Assembly: GCA_023515725.1 (NCBI GenBank)
Contig: JALDTO010000266.1
Coordinates: forward strand, 754,708-818,707
Length of the DNA: 64,000 nt
DNA from: Amoeboaphelidium protococcarum X5
Taxonomy: Eukaryota > Fungi > Aphelidiomycota
Direction of reading: 5' to 3'
The notes under the pieces were generated by a model. The model was given only the letters and a program-made list of their open reading frames with translations, searched no databases and was not told the DNA's origin. This document shows, piece after piece, positions 53,356 to 64,000 of this stretch. Every line of letters begins with the position of its first letter. The stretch's first letter is position 1. The position numbers were made by a program, and so were the translations under genes.

Positions 53356-54317
53356 TCAATTCCAATGCTTTGATTTCATGTGTGATACAAAATCATCAAT
53401 TAATACAGGCCAGGCACCTTCGTGATCGTAATTAGAAAAGTCTGCATTCACACTACTAGCAAAGTCAAAGATCATATTCCATGAATCTCGTGGAATGGCT
53501 TTACCATAATGATTCTGTACATAGTCGATCCATTGTTAGAGGTGGTGGAAATATCGTGCATTGATATTCGATTGCTGTTGAGAGGCTCTCTTGTTACTAT
53601 CGCTTACAGTCTTCGTTGGAGTAAAGAGCAGATTCCATAAAGCAACCGCCATGTCAGAGCCAAGACTTTTCTGATTATAATCTTTAGCGTATCCAAAAGA
53701 GAATTAATAGACTTGGTGAAAGTACGACTTGTCACAATCTAGCTTGGACTTTAAGAGCTATACACATTACTTCATATGAGTAATGTCAAAGCACTTCAAT
53801 CGCACCCATCCATCGATCCATTGGGCACGTGTAAACTCACACATTTTGGTAGATTGTAATTCAAAAGCCAGAGCTATCATGGCCACATCATTCGCGTCCA
53901 CCTCAATATCTTAACAGAATCTCACGGTACCTTCCACAAGAATTGCATCAGACTCGGCGTCTACAATGTAATTAAAAAGTAGATACATTGATCAGAACTC
54001 TAAAGCAAATTATCTTACCTTTGTAGCTTTCAAACAACTTGGTGAGAGTCGAAGTGTCAACGCGAATCTTCTATTGCTTTGATGATAGCCCGGCGCTCAT
54101 AGATAAATTAGTGTCACCATTGTAGAAAGAGTCCACTGCACGTTCCAAATTCCAATTGTACCTCTTCAAGATCCGCTGCGCTTCAAAAGACTCCATTCCG
54201 GTGAGAGACACGAACTACTTTACCACATCGGCTTACGTTTATTTAGGCTACAACTGTGATTAAGGTCAATAGAAAGACATGAGTCTGACGATGATATCTA
54301 TGCCAAATGCTTACCAT
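53356..54317 (-). CDS. DCN1: DCN1-like cullin neddylation protein; introns 54248-54314, 53961-54018
   Basis: UBA-like N-terminus (WNLERAVDSFY), EGTVRFCQDIEVD, FGYAKDYNQKSL, IPRDSWNM, YDHEGAWPVLIDDFV. Confidence 0.9.
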
Positions 54318-55387
54318 TTTATGAATAGAATGTTAACTGAGGATCAATTCCAATACCTAATACAAGGACAAATTAAATGAGACGATATTACACTTTCAGG
54401 ACACGCAAAGAAAGATTCTTGATGAAAGTGTCACAAGAAAAAGTCAAACTTCTACAGTTAACGCCAAGGTCACGACCTTGGAACCCATCAAACGATTGCT
54501 CCCATTGATAAGATCAAGCATTGTATATTTTCAAAACTATAATATAAGTATGTGTGGTTGCAGATGTATAGAATAAAGCCAAATGTGAGTAATTAATTGG
54601 GTGCCATTTTGCAATTCAAGTGGGATCACGAACGGAAACAAATGGATTCAGGCTGGCAACGGGGCGGAAATATTGTTATTGGTCAAGTTTGTTTCAGCTG
54701 TTTTTTGTTCGTCGCTTTTGGCTCTCAGTCTCTGTCTCTCTCTCTCTCGTTCTTCTGGCTGGAACGAAATAACATCAACTTACAGTCGTCTCTTCCTTAT
54801 CAATTTTTGTGTATATTGTCTATACACTGGAGAGACATTATTTAACTAATTGAATAGTTTATTTGTTGTTATATCAATCACCTCCTCATCTGTTGTTGAA
54901 AAGAACAAACACTTACCATCATCATTAGTTTGATAAAAAGCGTACATTAGAATTATCATCATGTCTGAATTAAAGTTGTAAAAGCTTCTCAATATCAATG
55001 AGAGATTGAAACAGGAGGAGGCTCTTGAAAGAATTCCAGTCTCAAAGGCATCGAAAAAGTAAGTTTTTATTCGCAGTGAATGTCGTTGAATTAATATGTC
55101 ATCTGCAATCAAATTCTGGTGAATATATTTGTGTAGTTTGGTTGATTATACAAAGAGTATGTAAGATCCTCTTGTAAAGCCTAGCGTTGAGAATCCCTTC
55201 TCTAAAAAGAGCTCAAATGGTGGATGCATAATTCTGTGATTAATAGATGCAGAAATTGTGGTTTAAGTTATTCTTTGCTATGAGATTTATGATTATATGA
55301 AAATCCGTTCTTGATACTTAATCTTTTAATACTCTGATTTTATTATTCATACTGAGATAACTGTTCTAAGTTAAAAATGTCATTGAG

Positions 55388-57652
55388 TCATTACTCAGCA
55401 GCAGCGTGTTTCAGCAGTTTGTCAAAGGCCGCAACGTTCTTTGAAATAAGCAGATCGCCTTCACCTTCTTGAGCATTTCTAGCAGAGAACGAGAGCGTGA
55501 AGATTTGTTTCACTTTTTAGACGAGTCTTTTACACTAGTATAGCACCTGCATTTGATGTTGCTTTGACTGTTGTTGTGCAGCGGCGACATTAGTCTACAG
55601 ATACTCCATGAATATCTAAATCACGCCTTCAACAATGAGGCCCATGGTGCGTTTGAATAGAGACTCGGGTCTGAGCAGGTTCAGGTATTTAACATCAAGC
55701 TTCGATATGACGGCATCAGTAAATGACTACATGTCCATTTCTTTGGCATACTGACCAAGTATGACTGCAGTCTCTTGAATCAATTTCTACGTCTATTTCA
55801 TGAGCAGTTGATTAGAGGCTTTGCGAATCAGCTACACTATATCAACAAAATTACAAGCCTTCTTGAGTGATTCAGACTGCAGCAGATGAGAGTGATGGTA
55901 TGAGATTGTGGTCAGGTGATGAGCCATGTAACAGCAATCGTTGTGGAATATGACGGCAGCTTTCAATGTCTCCTCTCTTTAAGCACAATTGTGGGCAGAG
56001 AATCTCCAAGTGTTGATCATATTACGGATAGAGATTATAGTTTACAACTAGACTTGATCGACAGAGGCAAGGCTTTCCAGAGACTAAAACTGTTGATAGA
56101 CCATTTCCACTACCGTTTATACAACCACTGATACCTTCATTCTAGGCAAGTACATAGGAGAGTGTGCAGTTATGACTTCATTGCCATTCTTACCACTTTT
56201 AGATGAAGCATTCTAACCAGCTGAAGTTGACTTGGATCTGCCAATCTTCAATCCTCCACGCTCGGTTGACTCTTCCACCTCTACCAAACTTTCATCCTAA
56301 TTCGTTACTAAATCTCTAATTTGACCCAGAATACAACTCTAATGCATAGTTTAGCACTTTTCGCGATATTTAGCCGTCAAATCACTGAGTCTGATATCAT
56401 CGGATGGAATTAGATTATGGGATTGCAGTAGAGCCTCAATAGAAACGATCACGTCTAAATCCGATTGAGATTCACCATTTAGACGCATCTTTTGCATTAT
56501 TAAACTCTCCAACTTTGTATAAAATAGTGGATATAGTCTGTGTATAATCATCTACATCAAGTTGAATTCCTCAATGACCGTGACTTTCTTAGACAAATAA
56601 GAAAATATAGTCACAAAACGTTGAGCAACTTCATCCAATTTCAATAAATCTTGGCCATCTTTCTTCATCAACTTTATAAATCCAAGACCACTTTCCAGAG
56701 ATGAATGTATTTTAACACTTGGATCGAAACAGCTCTGGATATGTGGCTCCAATTATGCACAAATTATGTCAACAACACGGTCTTGAAGATCAAGAATATT
56801 AGCTACTTGTATCAGTTGCAGTTACTACAGATTATAACCAGCTGATACAAAATCAGTAATCTTGATCCCATTACTACATATATCGCAAAACTATCGAACG
56901 TACATGAATACTTGAGCAGTTATTCGAGATCTCGATTCAACCAGAGCATCTTCAATAAGATCATAAACAACTCCATCAATATCACTCCTAGACACTTATT
57001 AAAACATCTCCTCTGCGTCCACCAGAGTTGTTGCATAATCTACAAAGTCAAATGAAGCTGCAAGTTTCTCCAACAGGGCCACCACGCCTGCCAGTAGAGA
57101 CAACTAATTATTCATAGACTTTATCCTAGTCAACTACTCCACATGCTAATCATTTTCAGAACCCAGTTCCTGCTATGTTAATACAGCAGAGTTGACTGTT
57201 CTCGACCTCACATCACTGCTCAACATATGTCTGCTACCGGAACGATTAGAACCTCTGGAGCTGACAGTCAGACTCTAATCAATTACACTCAGGGCTTTAG
57301 TTAATTCTTCATCAAACTCATTTAACTGCTATTCATGAATACCCAATCCACACGCGTAGGATTGCATAGTGTTAAGATCAAATAACGCGATACAATGACG
57401 ATAAAACTCTGATTGCAGCACCTCATACTTGCCACGACAATACTCGACAATTTTGGCTGGCTTTTAGACTTCACTCTACTCTTCAATATTACCCAATTCT
57501 TAATCAAGATTTTCCAATACAGAATTCAAATGATGGAGGCCTTTACTGCGTCTTCTACCTTTAACATTTAGTCTCATAGCGGTAGTAGAATGAACAGTAG
57601 AAGTTATATCCCAAGAGCTTTCATGCAAAGAATCATCCACCTCAGTCACCAT
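55388..57652 (-). CDS. ZW10/Dsl1-like tethering/kinetochore protein (754 aa)
   Basis: Helical protein in one frame; RLYNDCCYMAHHLTTI...NFVDIV resembles the ZW10 C-terminal signature. Confidence 0.65.
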
Positions 57653-57739
57653 TACAGATTGTAAATGATCACTATAGAGAATTCACACAAGATATATATA
57701 GAACGTAAGAGTAATTGAACTGCACTACAATATGCTAAA

Positions 57740-57872
57740 AGACAGAGAGAGAGAGAGAGATGAAACTGAATTGAATAAAGTGAAATAAAGTCGCGCGTGC
57801 TGAAACAAGAAACGAGAAACGAGAGAGAGAGAGAGAAAGTTGATGGGAACGCTAAGAAGATAAATGAGAGAG
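57740..57872. repeat. (GA)n microsatellite tracts upstream of the ZW10-like gene
   Basis: GAGAGAGAGAGAGA runs near 57745 and 57821; similar (CT)n near 54730 and (GT)n near 58807. Confidence 0.8.
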
Positions 57873-58045
57873 ACAGTGTACGCGACATCACCCAGCCACG
57901 CGAACAAGTGGAAACTGTCTCATTCGATAGCTCTCACAAGTTTTATAAAGTAAAATAAGAGTATCCATACATACATATTAATGAAGGAAGGAAGAACTAA
58001 CTAAATTATTGATCATCAGAAGTATTGTCACGCATCGTACGCACA

Positions 58046-58573
58046 TCAGATGGCCTACTATCTAATGACCAAATTCTTGAGCCAGTTATTCTCCTACTCC
58101 AGTTCTTCCATACGTGCGAGCAGTTTCTCCTTCTAGTCCTTCAATTCCTTGACTGATGATTCTAGCTCTGCCTCACGCTGCTTCTTCTTTTATCTGAATT
58201 TGGCTGATGCAATCGAAGACTTTCGTCGCTTAGCTTCCAACTGAGGATCAGCAGCCCTTGAAGATGATGACTCTTGAGCCTGCTACAGCTACTACTTCTT
58301 TGAAATACTCTTATTTGCATTAGATTATTCAGAATTTCCTTAAATATTTTAATCAAGTTTCAGGTCAGTCAGATTTAAAGGGTCCAACTAGAATGAATGA
58401 TTAATGTTCATAGGCTCTTCAAATTGCACTGGAGCGAGCACATCGGAATTTAGCCAGTGATGCAGGTCATCCACATTACTATTGTTATTATTTCCAGCAT
58501 TTAAATCTCCAGGAATACTGAGGTACTGTAGCAAATCGAAAGGCTACTATTGATTGAACTATTCTGTAAACAT
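58046..58573 (-). CDS. bZIP transcription factor (MetR/Cys-3/Zip1-like)
   Basis: KRRKSSIASAKFRQKKKQREAELE...L..RMEELEQENNWLKNLV. Confidence 0.8.
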
Positions 58574-59153
58574 ATTTTGTGAGTATTTTAATTTTCTGCA
58601 AAGTTCCGTTTAAGGTTGAATGAAGAGAAAGAGAGGGCGATCGCTCAACGATTCGATCAAAAATTCAATGAAGAGGCGTGGCTGACTCTGGCATACATAC
58701 CTATAAAACTAGGTGACATATTTATCTCAAATAGAATAACTGTACATGTTTAGCCTGATTAAACATGCCTAAAGTTTTATGGAAGGACTCGACTATTCTA
58801 AATTTCGTGTGTGTGTGTGTATGTGTATGCGTGGGCTGCATCGCTTCTTGCGGTGGAAACAAGATCACGTTTTATCTTACTCAACATACATTCATTCCTG
58901 TTACTATCATAATAATGCTTAATATGTCATATGGGTCCTACCATAAGCGTACTTTTATGAAAGCAATTAGGGTGAAGTGTCTTGTCTACTATTTCCACTA
59001 TATAACAGTACGCCCCTCACACAGAATTCACCAATGATCAGGGGTTAATACTTAGAAACGGCGATTAAACCGACTGAATTTCATGTATCATAGGGGACGA
59101 TATCAGATCAAAAATTAAATTAATAGTAACATCTGAAATTTTAAAGACACCTT

Positions 59154-60674
59154 ATGATATCAATTATTTATTTTGGGTGGCTATCCGTAATATTTTAATG
59201 TGTCCTTTTTAATCATCAAGCTTATGCGTTCAATCCATAAGCTCGATATATTGACTTGACTGAAATGGCGTGGTAGAATGTAGTTGATCATAGCTTTGAT
59301 CTTGATGCTCCCGTGTGGCGGAAGACTGAGAGTGCTGTGCATTATCTGGCGCGTGTTAAAGAATATTGCTCATAGTTGAGATGGACTTTCTAGAGTATTT
59401 CAACGCGTCTGCCTCCAAAGTTGAATCCACAATAGTGCAGAGATTATGCAGCGATTGATTTATTGCAGCAAATGCTCAGCGATATCTTGACTCTGCCTAC
59501 AGTTGAGAATATGGTCAAGACTAAGCGGCTGGAGATTCCATACATAAAGCTGGATAAAATACTTGCTATCGGCAAACAGTTTTCTCTAAAGCATCCGCGC
59601 ATCTGGAGATAAGACTTGATTCAGATTGTAATGTATGTGACGGAGGACGAACTTAAATATCTAGTCAGGTTTCATAAAGATGTTATTAAAAATTCTTAAT
59701 TCTAAATCGCGCTTTATCTAGAATGCTAGTAAAAGGCAAAGTTAATTATGTCTAAGGGAGGGGCAAATTAATATTTTGGAGTTGATTCGTAACAATGTGT
59801 TACTTGGTTTGACGCGTAAATGAGAGATTACTAATATCTGTTTTATATTCAACCCTTAGTAGTGGACTACGCTCTTAGAATGTCCTTGGATCTGACATCG
59901 ATTAAAGATTCTGACCGAATTAAAACTGAAATGAATCTTGAACAGTCTGTTATTGAAGCACTGAATCGCTTGAAACATGTTGATCTAACAGTTGCGTTTT
60001 TGGGCGACAAAAGCGATCTAGTGCTTCAACTCCTTTAGTAGATTAAATCTGGTCAGTCTTAATAATCATCACATGCACTAGAATTCTCTGTATATACGCA
60101 ATTGCCGTTCGAAGATGAATCAGACGATTCTTTATAGTTGGGTTCTCCAATCTTGGATTAGATCTCGATAACTGGAGTGCTTGGCTTAGAATACTTTCCA
60201 TTGACTGTTGATATGATAAATTTAGAGACATACTCACAATGGAGAGCTGTATTAACCAAGCGACACGCGGCGTTTGGTACCTCAGAAATTTACATATACG
60301 GGGAGGATCGATGCTCAGAGTTTGTATTGGCTCTATCAAAATTCTTTGACACGTCTTATTAAATGTACTCGACATCAGCTATTACATTTGATTAGGAGAA
60401 ATTGATTGAAGACTTGCGCATACACACAGACTTTGAAGATGTAGTATGCGCGTCCATATTTTCCGTGATTAAGTTCATACCTGCAAAGAGGATTGAGATC
60501 ATTGGTGATAATGTAAACGGTGAGATATATTAGCTGTTTGAGTTAACGATGAAGGTACTGCAATTTCAATAGTCTGATCACATTGAAAGCGTATCGCTGC
60601 TAGAATCAGAAGACATTGTAACTGACTCTGATAGTGAGGCGTCAGACAGTATGAATATAAACTAGGAGGCGTGA
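59154..60674 (+). CDS. Secreted protein, uncharacterised family member 3 (506 aa)
   Basis: Signal peptide; PVWRKTESAVHYLARVKEYC aligns with PEFIKGESADHYFRRLSPYC of the gene at 22600; C-terminal IPAKRIEII; TGA 60672-60674. Confidence 0.75.
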
Positions 60675-60910
60675 GTATTACTATGTGATTGATGAAATAT
60701 ATAAAGCATTTCGTGGTCGTCATCAAATCAAATTCTTGTGTTTCACTGATCCCTCTTGGCAGCCAATCATGAAACGGCGCGTTAATTTTTCCTTCTTCAA
60801 ATTTAGCCTCGAATCAACAGCTTTTCCCTTTGCTTCAAGCTCAGCCCTTTGATCAAACGTTATATTTATTATTACATTTTATAGCAAAGTCCAATTTTGA
60901 TTGAATAATT

Positions 60911-61900
60911 ATGGGACTTAATTTTGACGCATTTTGTAGTCAAGTATCGCTAGCTGTTTGCCCACTGGTTGGCTAGAAGAATGAAGCCACCTGCTATGCG
61001 CGCAATGTGGAAATTGTATCAGGCAGTCTCCTGTTTTAGCCAGCGACTCTGGTCATCAATATAGTGGCACTTATAATGACTGGTATAATGATATATCACA
61101 TTAAGAGCAAGTACACTGCTGTGGGCAGAAAGGAAATTGTCATGTTTTTCTACAACTATATTTTGCTGACTATTTTTGATTTCTTGCTGGTGAGTAACAT
61201 TGTGCCAGTGGCCAACAGCGCCTATCCGTATATGACTGCTGCTTATTGTGGATTGCTGACCACAATGTTTTGGATTCTTCTCCTCAATGGCTGTGTTGGA
61301 TTTCAGTGGGCGGAGGATGGCACTCGATAATCGCTGTGGAGTATCAGAATAACATCACTGATCTTATTTGCCATTGTCTTCTTTATAGCTAGCTGTACAT
61401 TTACCGGTGCTGCTGGATTCAGCCCTAGTAATGCTACAGCTCTTTTCGTCGTCTACTTTATCCTCAATGGTATATTCCTCTTCATCTACGTGGTGATGCA
61501 GATCATCTTGGTCTTGAATACTTTGGACGATCGCTGGCCTTTGGGTGATATCCTGTTTGGACTGGCCTTTTTTATCCTTGGTCAAATTTTCTAGCTAGCT
61601 ATCAGTGTTCAACTCTGTCAGGCTGCTCAGCATTATGTCGACGGCTATTTCTTTGGCACCATCTGCTCCCTTCTCGCCGTCATGATGGTGTATAAGTATT
61701 GGGACTCCATCACGAAGGAGGATCTGGAATTTAGTGTTGCTGGTAAGCACAATGTCTGGGAGATTCAAGATCATGTCAATGGCGGTGGATCAGCTGAGGA
61801 TTCTTCAGATAAGCTGCTTGGCGGTGGTAATGGTTACAACAATGGTGATTATGAAGACTCTGCGCAAGGTGACATGAGCCAGTAAAGATATCTCTCATGA
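60911..61900 (+). CDS. CHS7: Chitin synthase export chaperone Chs7
   Basis: CPLVG...[69 protein letters not shown]. Confidence 0.95.
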
Positions 61901-61963
61901 TTGTCGTTGTGTTGATCTTATCATCAGAGGGCTGAACGTGTTTTAAATAAATAAATGCGATTT

Positions 61964-63346
61964 TCATTTATATTCATTAAGCTTGAATGTACTCTTGAAG
62001 GCCGTGAGATTGTCTTGATCTTAGGCATTTTTAACACCACGGCTTTGCCTTCTTAATTGCAAAGAGTTAAATCTAGACAGAATCGATGTAGCGGACAATG
62101 TTGACCCAGCAATAGACTTTTCAGGTGGATTCGCCATATTCAAAATGTTGGCTCCTACATATGATGCCAAGTCGCCTCGATATTATCCGCCTATAATACA
62201 GCTGTCTGGTCTAACCATTTTAACTTTGTCTGCAAGTGTATTCAAGTTGTTTTGAACCAATGAATAGCTTTTTGCTTCTGACAATCCATGTTGAATCTCC
62301 ATCAGCAGCCTCAACTTCATTCCAGGCACTAAAGACGCAGGTCCGATAACCATTAGATTCTCAACGACACGAATGCGATCATCAATAGCTACGTGTTACA
62401 ACTAAGCGATTACAATGCCTACTATGTTCAATTCCACGACATCATCTATTATTCTACTTATATCTTGGGTAACATCATGACCATCTTTATCTATCCGAAG
62501 AATTGCCATAAGATCACTGTCAGCAAGCGCAAAGAGAAGTTCATACACGGACCATCTCATCCATGCAGGTACAGTCAATGCAGTTCCATCAGAAAGCGTA
62601 TACACATAATCTCTACTTTACACATCGTATTTATCCTTATCAAGAGCCCTCACAAGAGAGCAGCGAAACATTAAATCTAAACAGAGTAAATCCTCACTGA
62701 GTAAAGTATCCAAAGAACCTTATGAAGACAGCAAACCATGTTACAACAAAAGCCATTTGAAGACCCGTAAAACGCAATCAAAACCAATCTTGGTATAATT
62801 AGGACAATCATAGCATTAAATGACGCGTCCATGGACAATCTACATATGAAAAGTTTATATAGAGCTTAAACTCAACAATAAAAAATCTTACTGCTTAGCA
62901 AGAGGTGTAAGAGTTAGACATATCAATGACCAGCCCTGTGAGAGATGGAACGGCAAAAAGAGCAGTGAAAGACTGAGAGAGCACCACACAGTCAACACTT
63001 ACACTGCCCAACCTCCTCTTCAATATATATACAACTTTAGACACATTGTCTTGACTAGCGACATCATTTTCTAGAATCATTATTCGATCTGGCTTAATCT
63101 ACACCCAATTCGAAGTTCATAATTTATCACGGCATAAGAGTAAAAGTAATCTTACTGCGTGCAGTGTAGCCAAGGTGGAATCATCAGTTACATCCACAGA
63201 GTGTGGCATAAAATCGACTCCAGCAATACCTAGTCTAAGAACACTTCCTTCTACAATATAAAAATATAATCATTACACTAAATCGTCGAAATCACTACTA
63301 TTGATGGAAAGCACTTACAGAGAGGCAGTACAATCAAAGTTGTCAT
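61964..63346 (-). CDS. Divergent actin-related protein (Arp10-like); introns 63251-63318, 63099-63155
   Basis: Actin-like N-terminus IVLPLQGSVLRLGIAG; TGLVIDMS; RIRVVENLMVIGPASLVPGMKLRL; SYVGANIL. Confidence 0.65.
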
Positions 63347-63638
63347 GGTTGATCAATTGTCTATACAGATGAACACTCTTAATCTATTCCAGAGTTTATC
63401 GTTTCGAAATCTCAAATGGGAAATTGTAGAGATCTAAAAGTCTGTTTCTTCGTTTCAGTACAGAACTTGAATTTTCGTTTTGAAAGTTCCAAATGGGAGA
63501 AAGCGCGAGTGTGAGAACGCGTCCTCTCACTTCCTTCCTTCTTATTCTCTGCTGCAATACTGTACTTAGCACTCTCTACTTTGACCACGTCTGACATTAC
63601 ATTACATTATACAAGTTATATAATTATTTGAGAACAGT

Positions 63639-64000
63639 ATGACTTTAGGAAGCAATAAAATACAGTTCAAGCCATCCAAGCCTATAGTGATTAAGAAGCT
63701 TGAGGGTGAACAAACATCCAGTGTGGTGGAGTCTTAAGAGAAGACATCTAAAATTTATGATAATAGTATCAAGGCGTCCAGTCATGATCAGAATCTGAAG
63801 AGAAAGGCTTCCAACGATGTTTTACAAGAGGATTAAGAAGGTGGAGATTCATTGAATGGCTTATAACAGTAACAACATCAGCATTATACAAAAGATCGCG
63901 CAAAGTAGTAGAAACATGATGGGGGTGAAGACGGTACCAGTAGAAGTAGTCTCAGTGATCCTCAGTCTAATGTTGCGACAGCCTCATCCTCTATGACTTC
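63639..64000 (+). CDS. 5' part of an unidentified protein (low-complexity N-terminus, runs off the window)
   Basis: ATG at 63639 followed by an open frame (TAR=Gln) to the window end. Confidence 0.5.

Noticed and set aside
54320-55380. Possible gene in the ~1-kb gap between DCN1 and the ZW10-like gene
   Set aside because: Open frames are long by default in a one-stop code; there are no motifs and it contains a CT microsatellite.
1-64000. Apparent mass pseudogenisation (short broken ORFs)
   Set aside because: All breaks are TAA/TAG in one frame, often at conserved Gln sites, so this is code reassignment rather than decay.
1-64000. tRNA, rRNA or CRISPR arrays
   Set aside because: None recognised by eye; a tRNAscan/Infernal run would be needed to exclude small RNAs.

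Overview
Gene-dense eukaryotic DNA that uses a non-standard genetic code. TAA and TAG read as Gln and TGA is the only stop (translation table 6), so the supplied ORF track is fragmented. This code plus fungal-type genes (chitin synthase, Chs7, Cch1, Bni4-like, hevein/CBM18) fits an aphelid such as Amoeboaphelidium protococcarum; that assignment is inference. Re-read by hand with TAR=Gln, the window holds about 30 protein genes with short introns, mostly housekeeping. The standout is a 745-aa intact Fanzor2/TnpB-family RNA-guided nuclease ORF (19617-21854) with a rearranged RuvC triad, a degenerate Zn ribbon, a poly-Lys NLS, a 5' hairpin and a candidate structured omegaRNA downstream. No transposase lies nearby. 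It sits at the edge of an accessory island encoding secreted paralogues with a possible F-box-like N-terminus and a triple-hevein protein. Other oddities: an ankyrin-repeat chitin synthase, a PH-domain dynamin, a Pol I second subunit with altered active-site-proximal motifs, a Q/D/E/E Cch1 filter and a strong TGTAG 3' splice consensus. All translations and counts are manual; no database searches were run.
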